Positions 1-9,536 of a stretch of DNA of 64,000 bases are shown here, piece after piece. This DNA is from Patescibacteria group bacterium (lineage in GTDB: Bacteria; Patescibacteriota; UBA1384; XYA2-FULL-43-10; 1-14-0-10-43-13). Below the pieces are notes generated by a model that made no database searches, was not told the DNA's origin, and worked only from the letters and a program-made list of their open reading frames with translations. Made by a program: the position numbers and the translations under genes. The stretch's first letter is position 1; every line of letters begins with the position of its first letter. The stretch is taken from positions 735,234-799,233 of the forward strand of contig JBAZBD010000001.1 in the NCBI GenBank assembly GCA_041671645.1, written 5' to 3'.

Positions 1-11
1 TTAAATAAAAA

Positions 12-44
12 AAGGAGCCCGTTGAGGCTCCATTTTTTATTTCT
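12..44. terminator. Bidirectional rho-independent terminator: GGAGCC cgttga GGCTCC hairpin flanked by A/T runs on both strands
   Basis: Perfect 6-bp stem with T-run downstream on the + strand and T-run on the - strand. It sits directly after the stop of the small minus-strand ORF at 37..183. Confidence 0.5.
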
Positions 45-183
45 GTACAGTTATCGAGGACATACAATCTCTGCAATACCAAACCTTTTGAGTTCGTTTG
101 ACGATATTTCTACCGTCAGCACCCTTCTCAACGCAAAGCTTTTCCTTCTCAACCAAATTTCCGCTGCATCGAGGACAAATCAT
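37..183 (-). CDS. Small zinc-ribbon protein, 48 aa (CPRC...18 aa...CRDC)
   Basis: Own translation of the minus strand: MICPRCSGNLVEKEKLCVEKGADGRNIVKRTQKVWYCRDCMSSITVQK. Two CxxC pairs; absent from the ORF track because it is under 60 aa. Confidence 0.35.
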   Translation of the reverse strand: MICPRCSGNLVEKEKLCVEKGADGRNIVKRTQKVWYCRDCMSSITVQK

Positions 184-270
184 TTGTTGTCTTTCTTTTA
201 GTGACTCTTTATTGTATACTTATTTCTCGCATTTAGCAAGTTTTGGGGCCTATTTTCAAGTTCATTTCCA

Positions 271-299
271 TTGACAAATAGCACAAAATAGCGTATTAT
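271..299 (+). promoter_or_regulatory. Sigma70-like promoter (TTGACA, 17-nt spacer, TATTAT) upstream of tmRNA
   Basis: Consensus -35 TTGACA at 271..276 and -10 TATTAT at 294..299 with 17-nt spacing. It lies ~60 nt upstream of the tmRNA 5' end, consistent with a processed precursor. Confidence 0.4.
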
Positions 300-360
300 T
301 GATCTTGACTTAGCTAGTCAATCCCGACATTAATTGAACATTGAGTATTTCAATCGACTC

Positions 361-745
361 GGGGGTGTATTAGCTTCGACAGCTGGATCTTTGAAAACAT
401 ATCGCAAGCAGGTAAGTCGGTCGCCTTAAAGCGCTGACAAATCCAAGTGCAAACTCACTTGTTAGCAAAGTAAAAGCTGCCTTCGGTAGCCTTAGCTTTG
501 CGCCAGCTTTAGCTTAATTGCTTTAGCCATACGTCCGAGGCTTTTCGACTTCGGGTCACGTGTGTAATATTCGAAATGCAGTTTTATCGGTTTTCAAGCG
601 ACTAAACGTAAGATTTACTTGAGATAGGACAAAAGTTTCTTGGTGACTTTCCAAGCTTAGTCCGAATAAATTGAAGGTCACTACGCTTGTAGAAAATATG
701 TTTCCAACCAGTTGGACGCCGGTGCGACTCCGACCACCTCCACCA
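361..745 (+). ncRNA. ssrA: tmRNA (SsrA, transfer-messenger RNA)
   Basis: 5' GGGGGUG... pairs with 3' ...CACCUCC-A-CCA to give a tRNA-like acceptor with a G3:U70 wobble (the Ala identity element). T-arm-like GGUGCGACUCCGACC precedes the 3' end. An internal tag reading frame ends ...F-A-P-A-L-A then TAA (stop at 515..517). Length ~385 nt is typical for tmRNA. Confidence 0.85.
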
Positions 746-2243
746 TAAGGGAATCTGAACCAGTTTCAGGTTCTTTTTTGTTTGTAATTAGCCTCAAAAT
801 AGGGCTAATTTGAGGGGTGCAAACTTTTTCAGAAAAATTTACAATAATTTCGCCAGGAAATGCTAGCTGTTTGCACTTTGTGCGCTTATCTCTATCAAGC
901 GACCTCCATTTGTTCAGTCCTCCATCTAAAAATTTCAATGAAAAATTCACAAATTCAACAAAGTCTTTGTCGATATCCTCGCTTTCAAAAAGCTCTCTCT
1001 CAAGAAATTTTATGTTCTTTTCAAAGTCATCTAGCACATCCTTAAAATACGGCTCTTTTTGAGGGTCGTCATTTGTAATCATTTTCATACCAATCTGTTT
1101 TTTGTCAGATATGAGCTGATCAAGCCGTTTTTTCATCTCGTCAATTTTGTCGAGCGTGATCTGCTCGTTTTCTTTCCAAACTTCGTTTAACGCTTCGATA
1201 AAGCCGTCTTCCATATCATTTTCAAGGCAAACCTCGCCTAGTTTAATATCAAGGTTAATATGAACAGTTGTGGCGTGGTATTGCTTACCACAACCTCTAC
1301 AGCGGTATTTTGGACTAGTCCAGCCTTTACCATTTCTATGGACAAATCCAACTAACTTTCCTCCGCACTCACAACGACCGATATTACCCAGGGGAAATTC
1401 TTTCCGATCATTTTTCCGCTCGAAAATTCGTTTTTTACCAGAAACAACAGCTTTCAACTCTTCGAATTCTTCAATCGAAATCATAGGTTTGTGTAACCCT
1501 TTGAGGCCGTGAAATTCTTGTGAATCCCATTTCTTAACAGTAATCAGCCCAGCATAATAATCTTCAGCAAGTATCTCCCTAAATCTGTCAATGCGGAGGA
1601 TCTTCCCTGTTGTTGTGCGATATCCATTGTTCGTCATATTAACAAGTGCTTCACTCACAGTTGATTGACCAGTAATTATTTCTCTCATTGCAGATTGCAA
1701 TAAAGGGAAGCGAATTGGATCTGGCTCAAATAGACCAGGTACTGTCGTCCTGCGATACCCCTGATGTATTGGGAAAGGGTAATATCCTGCTTTTACTCTC
1801 CCCTTGAGTCCACTCATAGTTTTCCCAATACGTTCGTCGTTGCTTGCCTCAGCTCGAAAAACTAAAAATAGCTTTTGTAATTTGCTCATCATATCATCAG
1901 TATTTAACTCTGGCTGAGAAGCATACCAAACTTTTACACCAAGTTGTTCGAATTCAGCTTCAAAATAGTAGAAATACTTAATATCTCTCATAAAGCGATC
2001 TACTTCATCAACGATTAGATACTTAACTCGCTTATTTTTCTTGCAAAAATCCATCATCTCAGCAAGATCCTTGCGATTTAAGTTTTTCCCTACCCTACTG
2101 GATTGGTCAAGCGACCATTTTCTTAGAATTGGTGCTTCCAATAATTCCGCAGTTTTTTCTACGTTTTCATCTTGTCTATCCAGACTATGATTAGTCATTC
2201 GCTGTTCTGGTGTAGACACTCTACATAATGCAATCGAATTCAT
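681..2243 (-). CDS. Large serine recombinase (resolvase/invertase N-terminal catalytic domain, recombinase domain, Zn-ribbon); C-terminus overlaps the tmRNA 3' end
   Basis: N-terminal ALCRVSTPEQ catalytic-serine motif; C-terminal CECGG...CRGCG zinc ribbon; 520 aa. The last ~21 codons are read from the antisense of the tmRNA 3' region. Confidence 0.85.
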   Translation of the reverse strand: MNSIALCRVSTPEQRMTNHSLDRQDENVEKTAELLEAPILRKWSLDQSSRVGKNLNRKDLAEMMDFCKKNKRVKYLIVDEVDRFMRDIKYFYYFEAEFEQLGVKVWYASQPELNTDDMMSKLQKLFLVFRAEASNDERIGKTMSGLKGRVKAGYYPFPIHQGYRRTTVPGLFEPDPIRFPLLQSAMREIITGQSTVSEALVNMTNNGYRTTTGKILRIDRFREILAEDYYAGLITVKKWDSQEFHGLKGLHKPMISIEEFEELKAVVSGKKRIFERKNDRKEFPLGNIGRCECGGKLVGFVHRNGKGWTSPKYRCRGCGKQYHATTVHINLDIKLGEVCLENDMEDGFIEALNEVWKENEQITLDKIDEMKKRLDQLISDKKQIGMKMITNDDPQKEPYFKDVLDDFEKNIKFLERELFESEDIDKDFVEFVNFSLKFLDGGLNKWRSLDRDKRTKCKQLAFPGEIIVNFSEKVCTPQISPILRLITNKKEPETGSDSLMVEVVGVAPASNWLETYFLQA

Positions 2244-2640
2244 AAAATCCTTTGTAAATTAACAAAAATGGCAGTCTCTTGGGTACTCCGCACGGTTACG
2301 GAAAGAGGCTGCCATTGCTGGCTCCAAAATTTTACCGTTTTAGTATGTACCCACTTAACATTCTAATACTTATTCATTCATCTTTTAACACCTCCTTCAC
2401 AATTTCTTTATTATTTTTATATAAACCATACAAAAATCTAGCCCAGTCCTTGAGATGTGCTTCTTTCTCGACTTTCGTCATTTCTAGATTTTTGTTTGTT
2501 AATGGTTTCATTTTGAATAAATAAGCCCCTTAGTAAGAGGCAACTTAATCTAAGAGGCTTATTAAAAGAAATTTTATTGCCTACAAAAATATCCTCTGAG
2601 AAGAGGATATAGCATTGTATGGGAGTGCAAAAATATAGTA

Positions 2641-3282
2641 TCAGTGTGGATCGGCGTGATCTTTTATCTCCAATGAGAGGGTAACGTTACCACTATTTGA
2701 AGAGATTTCATACTTATTTAAGGAGGTTCTTTTTCTAATTTCAGCAACAGTATCTTTGATCTTTCTCGTATTCTCTGCTTTGCACCCTGGTGCTTTGGCA
2801 TCTATAAGTCCCAATAATCTGAGAGCTCTGGCTCTTGTTATCTTTTTACTTTTCACCAACGCTCCGAAAAGTAGACTTGTATTTTTGCCTTCTGTGAGCC
2901 TGAATTTCTTACCTTTTATATTTCCCCTGCCTGTTACCGACGAGTACCAGCAATCAGCATCAGAAACAATGCTATTGTTCTGTTCAGTCTGACTAATACC
3001 GTTAAACATATCTAAGTATTCACTATAAAATTCCTGGTACACATAAATTACATAATTCCTGGAGCTACAATAATTAAACGGCTCCATTATCTCAATTATC
3101 TTTAGAGCACCACGTTCCTCAAGCCATTTTAGTACGATTTCAAGATCACTTATTGGAAATTCAGGATTTTCTTTTGAGAATTGTATATCAGAAATTATTA
3201 TCGTCTCTTTTTCCTCAAGAGTTCGACATTCATCTATATGATTCAGCACTATCCCAATTTTTTTATATGCAGCTATGCTCAT
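2641..3282 (-). CDS. Hypothetical protein (island cargo), possible C-terminal HTH
   Basis: 213 aa ORF, AT-rich, no recognisable catalytic motif. Basic C-terminal segment ITRARALRLLGLIDAKAPG. Confidence 0.5.
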   Translation of the reverse strand: MSIAAYKKIGIVLNHIDECRTLEEKETIIISDIQFSKENPEFPISDLEIVLKWLEERGALKIIEIMEPFNYCSSRNYVIYVYQEFYSEYLDMFNGISQTEQNNSIVSDADCWYSSVTGRGNIKGKKFRLTEGKNTSLLFGALVKSKKITRARALRLLGLIDAKAPGCKAENTRKIKDTVAEIRKRTSLNKYEISSNSGNVTLSLEIKDHADPH

Positions 3283-3564
3283 TTGTTGCCTCTTTTTTCT
3301 ATTTATTGAAAATATATCCTATTTGTGGCAATATTAAAATAAGTTGAAATTTATTTCAGCTTAATACAATCTATATGTGCCTAACCCCAAATAGTAATAT
3401 TTGGGTATGGTATTAAATCCTCTACTAAATGAAGACGGCTTTCCGTCCATACTTTTAGTAGAGGTCTATATTCGAAAGGATATAGGGTAAGTTCCGAAAG
3501 GGGCTGCCGTGGCGGAAGGCCATTTTTGTATTCAATTTTAGTTCTAAAATAATTAAGGAGGCAA

Positions 3565-3750
3565 ATGCCAAAAGAAGAAAAAGAGAAGAAACCTGTTTGG
3601 AAAAAGTGGTGGTTCTGGGTCATCGTCGTGATTGTTATTATATGTTTGATTCCCAAGGGCTCAATAGAGAAAGCTACGAACAGCCTTGATTCAACAAACG
3701 ATAAACTCAAGGGCACATCAGATCAGATTCAAACTGAGCTTAAGAAATAG
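3565..3750 (+). CDS. Small membrane protein (1 TM)
   Basis: Strong RBS AAGGAGG 7 nt upstream; hydrophobic core WWFWVIVVIVIICLI; 61 aa. Confidence 0.5.
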   Translation: MPKEEKEKKPVWKKWWFWVIVVIVIICLIPKGSIEKATNSLDSTNDKLKGTSDQIQTELKK

Positions 3751-3762
3751 AAAGGAAATCTT

Positions 3763-4425
3763 ATGGCTGTATTCTTTACGTTAATGCTATTCGTTTCAAT
3801 TGTTGTTCTAGTTCTTGGATTGATTAGTCCAAAAATAATCAATAAATTCATCAAAAATGAGAAGAAACACTTCGATCGCAAAAAGGTGGGGAAGGTTTTC
3901 GGCTTGATTACTATTGGATTCTTTATTTTGACTATGATTTCAATTATCGTTCCAGCCGCTAAAGAAGATGCTAAAAAGGAATCGATCAGCCAAGACAAAT
4001 CCGTTTCTGATAATCTTTGGATTGCCTTGGATAATGCGACCAACTCAAGGAATGGATATTCGGTCGATTATTACGCATTGAATAAAAGCGTGATGATTAA
4101 AAAAGAGCCTGACACTGCTTGGGACGACAATACTTTTGTTATGACTGCTTATCAAACATATGTTAAGTTTGGCAAAACAGCCTTCAGTATTGAAGGTGTA
4201 GACTCAGTTAGTTTTATCTGGTGGGCAAATATGATTGATAGCAAGGGGCAATCAGAAAAATCAAAAGGGATTCAGATTGAGATGACAAAAGAACAATTTT
4301 CTCAATTCAACTGGGATAATCTCGTTGGGAGAAACATATATGAACAGATGCAACCATATCAATGGATTCATACAGGAATATTAAATAAGTTGAACAAGGA
4401 TAAACTAATTTTGCTTACTGTGTAG
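3763..4425 (+). CDS. Membrane protein with two N-terminal TM helices and an extracytoplasmic domain
   Basis: 220 aa, RBS present, two hydrophobic helices then a soluble domain. Tightly follows the 3565 ORF. Confidence 0.6.
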   Translation: MAVFFTLMLFVSIVVLVLGLISPKIINKFIKNEKKHFDRKKVGKVFGLITIGFFILTMISIIVPAAKEDAKKESISQDKSVSDNLWIALDNATNSRNGYSVDYYALNKSVMIKKEPDTAWDDNTFVMTAYQTYVKFGKTAFSIEGVDSVSFIWWANMIDSKGQSEKSKGIQIEMTKEQFSQFNWDNLVGRNIYEQMQPYQWIHTGILNKLNKDKLILLTV

Positions 4426-4427
4426 TA

Positions 4428-4961
4428 CTATACTTTTAATATTTTCTTCTCGTTCATAATATTTTTCATACTTTCTTCTCGCTCGTACGCTTTAATAATC
4501 ACATCGAGCATTCTTTGTTGTTTTCTATAATATTCTAAAGGATTTTGATCAATCAATTCTTGCTCTTGCTGGTTTCTCATCCCTTGCTCTTTAATCTCGG
4601 CCTCTTTTCGTTCGATGATTCTCAACTTATCTTCTGGGTATGATTTCATATGAAGTTCGTGGAGTTTGCCGACAAGCGTGCCTATTGTGTATGCCGTTTT
4701 CGAATCCATCAAACCATTGGCATCTACTTGTCTGGTTCTGCTTATAGTGTCTTTTAAGAGCATCTCAAGGCCTTCTGAAGTTGATAGATCAATCGGATCG
4801 ACAACAACCTTAGCAACGCTCTTATTGGCTAACCCACCTATCTTCACGGCTCGGAGATGTTTTTTCTTACTGGCTGGATCGTGAGAAAAACAAAATTTGC
4901 TTCCGCTTACCGAGAAAGCCCCACACTGCTTACCGTCCGATTTTGTATATTGGCATTGCAT
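4428..4961 (-). CDS. Zinc-finger (C-x9-C...C-x2-H) plus coiled-coil protein, third gene of the AAA/S8 operon
   Basis: N-terminal CQYTKSDGKQCGAFSVSGSKFCFSHD; C-terminal charged coiled coil. Starts 28 nt downstream of the S8 gene stop on the same strand. Confidence 0.55.
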   Translation of the reverse strand: MQCQYTKSDGKQCGAFSVSGSKFCFSHDPASKKKHLRAVKIGGLANKSVAKVVVDPIDLSTSEGLEMLLKDTISRTRQVDANGLMDSKTAYTIGTLVGKLHELHMKSYPEDKLRIIERKEAEIKEQGMRNQQEQELIDQNPLEYYRKQQRMLDVIIKAYEREESMKNIMNEKKILKV

Positions 4962-4988
4962 AAATAATTAGAATGACTAGTCAAGTTA

Positions 4989-7358
4989 CTAAGCTTCCGC
5001 AGACACTACTTCAATCGGCAAAGAAATTTCAGTTGCAACCTCGAATTGGCCAGTCTGAATTATCGATTCCCTAATATTATTTGATCCCTCTTTGTCGATT
5101 ATGGTGAGCACAAAAGAATAGGGCTGTTTGATATTACCTGGACTACCTAAGTTTTGTTTTTCATATTCTGAATAAACATTCATACTAATGTTGATCTGGA
5201 GAAACGGAGTTTTAACCGCCATTTTTTGACCCTGGAAATGAATTACATTAAATTTCTGATTTTTATAATTCTCCCAATTCCATTGACCATTTTTGGGGTT
5301 GACGTTATCAGGCTTATTCCCTTCTTCCCCATTTTCATCGATTGTAGGCTCCATTATTCGCACCGAAGCACCTACTTCAATCATATTATAGTTTTTTGGG
5401 AAATTTTTATTTGTTGGAGGATTATAGACAAGTGTAAAAATAAATCCAATATTTTTACCAACAAGATTCTGAGGCAATTCAATATTTAGCTTATGCTTCT
5501 TGTTATCATTCTCCAAAATATCACAATACATAAAGGTTACCTTGTTTTCGTCGTCATCCTGAATCGGAATTGACCAGTCTGGTATTCCAAAACCATATGC
5601 CTTTTTAACTGAATCGCTTGTTATCCGTGTTTGTTCTCTTAACGAAGTAGAGTGTATTAATAAAGATTTAACAAGATTAACACGATTCTTCCTTATATCT
5701 AGAACATTGGGAATATTGGAATTAATTATATAGTCATATAGAAGAGCGGATTGTCTTGCAATAAGTGGAGCACTAAAGCTAGTACCAATATCTTTAGACA
5801 GGCCATTCATATCTATTCCTTCAACACCAAAGGAATTGCTCGATGCGGTCAAAAAAGGTCTCTGGTATGAGCCTGAGGGATCTATTTTAATATTTCCACC
5901 GCTTTCTACTAATTCTGGCTTTTTGATACCTTCTGCATATCCGCTTTTTCCGTATCCGCCCCTTCGTGTAAATGGCGATGGGAGGCCTTTTCCACAATAA
6001 CAATCAGCTGACGCATCAGCAGCAATCGATCCAACAGTCAGTACATTCAATGCATCTCCAGGCGAGGCAACAATAGCAGAAAGATTACAATCATCAAAAA
6101 TTTCTTCATATTTATTGCCAGGATAACAAGTATTATTTCCAGCACTACAGACAATAAGAATATCTTTTTCTCTTGCAATTTCATCCACCTTCGCAGTCAA
6201 ATCACTTACATCATCTTCTTCTATGCTTTTATTTTCATTAATTGATAGATTATATACAAAGACATCCGAGTGTCGATTTGCGACATTCTCAATTGCTTTT
6301 GTTATCTTAGTAGCATCTTTGTAATTTGAGTTAGGGCCAAAAAGAATCTGAGAATCGATTATTTTAGATATGGGAATCAGTCTCCTGTTGGCAGATATTT
6401 GCCCAGTGATATTATCGCCGAATAGAAGTCTACTTGCGACAAAAGTGCCGTGATTATTGTCTATGCCCTGATTGGCAAGCAGAGAATTATATTGAAGTGA
6501 TACAAATTTATCTATTAATGGATGCTTGATACCACTATCGATAACGGCAACAGTTTGCGATGTATCCACCTCGCCTAGTACAACTTCACTTAAATCAACA
6601 CCGCTAATACTCCTCTGCAGATTAAACTTTGGCGAGATTTTAATTTTATTGATAAAATTAAAACTTATTTCTGATAATAAGCTGTTTATTTCCGCTACAT
6701 ACAATTCAGCTCCATACAGCAGATTATAAACGAAAAAGTCTTCATCGAGCATAAACACTTTTCCAGAACCCAACCGCTGAGATAATTTTTGATATATTTC
6801 ATTATATTCTGGCCTTAGCCTATCTTGAGTTATTTCAATAATACAGTCTATTTTTTCGTTAAATACATTATCACAAAGTTCACGAATAGCCCTGTCCATT
6901 CTTATATCATTGCTGGTATTAACATCTTGGATACTTGAAATCGCATATACCTCTCTGGAGAATTTAACTCTTTTTCTCGAGCCTCCCTCCTTTGCAATTT
7001 CAAAAGAACACGAATCCATAACTTCTCGTAATTTTTTGAAATCACTTTTCTTACCAGCTAATTTATAAGTAAATTCATCTCTTGATGCCACAACATCCAA
7101 ATTTGATTCTTTCCATAGTTCGCTTGGCCTATTTGACTTAGACCTAACCTCATCAATCAATTTTATTTCTGCATAAACTTTGTCGTCTTCTGCTAGCGGC
7201 AAATCCACAATACTTTGAGCTGAATTTTTCAGGTCTCTAATGCGTATCCGATAATCAGCAACATTATCGAAGCCACACCAAAATTTTTCCCAGTAAGCTC
7301 CGAAACCCGTTTTTTGCTCTTTATCAACTTTTTTCTTTGGAATTAAAATATTGCTCAT
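4989..7358 (-). CDS. S8 family subtilisin-like serine peptidase (IetS-like)
   Basis: Catalytic triad motifs in order: VAVIDSGI (Asp), HGTFVAS (His), GTSFSAPLIA (Ser). 789 aa with a long N-terminal extension. Start overlaps the stop of the upstream AAA gene by 4 nt. Confidence 0.85.
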   Translation of the reverse strand: MSNILIPKKKVDKEQKTGFGAYWEKFWCGFDNVADYRIRIRDLKNSAQSIVDLPLAEDDKVYAEIKLIDEVRSKSNRPSELWKESNLDVVASRDEFTYKLAGKKSDFKKLREVMDSCSFEIAKEGGSRKRVKFSREVYAISSIQDVNTSNDIRMDRAIRELCDNVFNEKIDCIIEITQDRLRPEYNEIYQKLSQRLGSGKVFMLDEDFFVYNLLYGAELYVAEINSLLSEISFNFINKIKISPKFNLQRSISGVDLSEVVLGEVDTSQTVAVIDSGIKHPLIDKFVSLQYNSLLANQGIDNNHGTFVASRLLFGDNITGQISANRRLIPISKIIDSQILFGPNSNYKDATKITKAIENVANRHSDVFVYNLSINENKSIEEDDVSDLTAKVDEIAREKDILIVCSAGNNTCYPGNKYEEIFDDCNLSAIVASPGDALNVLTVGSIAADASADCYCGKGLPSPFTRRGGYGKSGYAEGIKKPELVESGGNIKIDPSGSYQRPFLTASSNSFGVEGIDMNGLSKDIGTSFSAPLIARQSALLYDYIINSNIPNVLDIRKNRVNLVKSLLIHSTSLREQTRITSDSVKKAYGFGIPDWSIPIQDDDENKVTFMYCDILENDNKKHKLNIELPQNLVGKNIGFIFTLVYNPPTNKNFPKNYNMIEVGASVRIMEPTIDENGEEGNKPDNVNPKNGQWNWENYKNQKFNVIHFQGQKMAVKTPFLQINISMNVYSEYEKQNLGSPGNIKQPYSFVLTIIDKEGSNNIRESIIQTGQFEVATEISLPIEVVSAEA

Positions 7359-8446
7359 TTTATATTATCCCTTAGTGTTGTATACGGCATCGATGTTATG
7401 TCAGATATTTCTTTAATGGAATACCCCTTGTCTTTTAGTAATTGACATACCTTATAAGATTGTTTTTTTTCGATTAAAGGCTTACTGGAAAAATCCAAAA
7501 TATTTTTCAATGCAAAAGTATTATCAATAATCTCAATCTTTTCCAAAATTGCTCTTTTTTTCATATGTATAACTATGTCCGAGATTGCCGATCCACTCAG
7601 CCCTTCTGTGAGATCTGCTAAGAGCTCAAAATCTAACTTATGTCTGAACTTATCAATAAATAGCTTTATTAATTGTTTCCTGGCTGGCTTGGAGGGCACT
7701 CCCAAACTGATTCTCAAAGGAAATCTTCTCCAAATGGCCGTATCCAGAAGTCCCTCGTGGTTTGTCGCTCCAATTATTATTGAATTTTGCGGAAAAGAAT
7801 CAATGTTTTGTAACAAAACTGTTACTATCCTCTTCAACTCTCCGAGCTCTTTCTCATCAGCTCTGTCTTTTGCAATAGTATCTATCTCATCAAGAAAAAT
7901 CAGAACTTCTTGTTTCTTTGCGATATCAAAAATATCTTTTATGTTTTTACCAGTTTTGCCTAGATAAGAAGAAATTAATTCATCTAATCTAACAAGGACT
8001 AATGGTAAATTTAATTTATTTGCTAAACCATATGCCAGCTTTGTTTTTCCTGTACCAGGAGGACCATAAATTAACAATTTATTAGTTGGACTTATACCAA
8101 AATCGCTTAATTTTATCCTATTTTCCCACTCTATTAGAAAATTCTTGATTTTTTTCTGATTCTCGATATCAAGTACAACCTCCTCTAGAAGAATCTTCGA
8201 TTCAATATATTCAACTAACGATTCGTTTTTTGATGAATATATCTGGTGATCGTTTTTTACCGATTGAAAAGAATACGCTTTTTTATCAGGGATTTTGGAA
8301 AGTAAATTTCTAAGCCGTCTGGAAACAATATTCTGACCCATTTTCTTTCTTTTCTCAATTTCTCCCTCAAGTATAGAAATGATTTTTTTATTATCGCTCT
8401 GAATAAAAGCACTGGCGATATCTTCAATAATTTCGACGCTTGACAT
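7355..8446 (-). CDS. AAA+ ATPase (classic-clade AAA, IetA-like)
   Basis: Walker A GPPGTGKT; Walker B IFLDEID. A Vps4/spastin-like segment SSYLGKTGKNIKDIF. 363 aa; translationally coupled to the S8 peptidase. Confidence 0.85.
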   Translation of the reverse strand: MSSVEIIEDIASAFIQSDNKKIISILEGEIEKRKKMGQNIVSRRLRNLLSKIPDKKAYSFQSVKNDHQIYSSKNESLVEYIESKILLEEVVLDIENQKKIKNFLIEWENRIKLSDFGISPTNKLLIYGPPGTGKTKLAYGLANKLNLPLVLVRLDELISSYLGKTGKNIKDIFDIAKKQEVLIFLDEIDTIAKDRADEKELGELKRIVTVLLQNIDSFPQNSIIIGATNHEGLLDTAIWRRFPLRISLGVPSKPARKQLIKLFIDKFRHKLDFELLADLTEGLSGSAISDIVIHMKKRAILEKIEIIDNTFALKNILDFSSKPLIEKKQSYKVCQLLKDKGYSIKEISDITSMPYTTLRDNIK

Positions 8447-8579
8447 ATTCGTACCCTCCTCCGTTATTTTTACCTCAATTACATTGTAAATTTATTAGTA
8501 CGAAAAATCAACCGATGAACAATTCCGTATTTTATTCTTGGTAAGCAAAAATAATATCCATCACAAATATTCAATGATC

Positions 8580-9536
8580 TTATGGATTAGGAGTTCTTTC
8601 GATTATTTCATCTAGCAACATATATGTATAAATTATTATTTTTTGAGCAACTTCCTTTGTAATTGAGTGTTTATCTCCTTTTGCTTCCAGTCTTGTAACC
8701 GAATCAATCAACTCACATACATATTCGGACGTATCACGTGCTACAGAGTCCTCTATTTTTTTCCCTTTCATAAACTCTTTAATCCTCAGCCTATAGTGTT
8801 CAGTATCAAGCTTAATCACCTTACCATCTCTTGTTGTTGTCGTTTCGTTAGAGGGAGGATAAATAATATCAGCAATTCTTATAATTATTCTTCTGCAACC
8901 ACTTGCGACATTCGACCAGTCTGGTTGATTATCAGAATTGGCAGATTTGTAAGCCGTGACTAATTCTTGCAAAATTTCTGGCACTTTGTTCTTCATCTCT
9001 TTCTCGACAATGTCTCTAATCTCAGAAAAGATGTCTGAAGCAGCCTCACTAAAACTTAACGCATTATATACATCCGCTATAAAACAATATAGCCGTCCTC
9101 TAATACGAGACAGAATTGACTGACTTGTCCTAATAGATTCAGAAATTGTATTTCTTTCAAATGCATTACTATGTGGCACATAAGTTGAATACTGGCTTGA
9201 TGACTGAAATGATATATTTGGGTCATTGGCTACGCTTAATCTAATTTTCAGAGTATCTATGGTGTTCTCAAGTACCTCAACGTGATCTAGTCTATAGATA
9301 ATTTCTTTACCAACCGTCCAGTATCTACCATTTGCTACTATATTGTCCTTGTCACCAGCAACATATTGGTTAAGAGTCCCAGTAATCTCTTTTTCGATCC
9401 AAATTTGATTCTTCGTGTCGTTCACAAGCCGAGCCAACAGAGCACCTTTTTGCAAAAGTATGCTAAGTTTACTACCACCAAAGGTTTCCAAAATCTCAGT
9501 AGCCAAAGTTAGTGCTTTTTTGTGATGGTCTTTCAT
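8580..9536 (-). CDS. Hypothetical protein (island cargo; possible abortive-infection-type protein)
   Basis: 318 aa, no recognisable motif. Located in the AT-rich island upstream of the AAA/S8 operon with its own upstream region. Confidence 0.55.
   Translation of the reverse strand: MKDHHKKALTLATEILETFGGSKLSILLQKGALLARLVNDTKNQIWIEKEITGTLNQYVAGDKDNIVANGRYWTVGKEIIYRLDHVEVLENTIDTLKIRLSVANDPNISFQSSSQYSTYVPHSNAFERNTISESIRTSQSILSRIRGRLYCFIADVYNALSFSEAASDIFSEIRDIVEKEMKNKVPEILQELVTAYKSANSDNQPDWSNVASGCRRIIIRIADIIYPPSNETTTTRDGKVIKLDTEHYRLRIKEFMKGKKIEDSVARDTSEYVCELIDSVTRLEAKGDKHSITKEVAQKIIIYTYMLLDEIIERTPNP

Noticed and set aside
361-745. Alternative reading of the 361..745 RNA as an ordinary tRNA-Ala plus leader
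   Set aside because: The ~310 nt between the 5' acceptor strand and the T-arm, with an internal short reading frame ending ...ALA-stop, fit tmRNA architecture and not a tRNA with an intron.
817-1512. ORF-track entries 817..1062, 860..1045 and 1270..1512 on the + strand
   Set aside because: They lie antisense inside the serine recombinase gene, have no RBS, and show low-complexity translations. Treated as frame shadows.
5226-8963. Antisense ORFs inside the S8 peptidase, AAA ATPase and 318 aa genes (5226..5489, 6526..6729, 7575..7967, 8667..8963)
   Set aside because: Embedded opposite well-supported long genes; the AT-rich composition inflates ORF length on the reverse strand.
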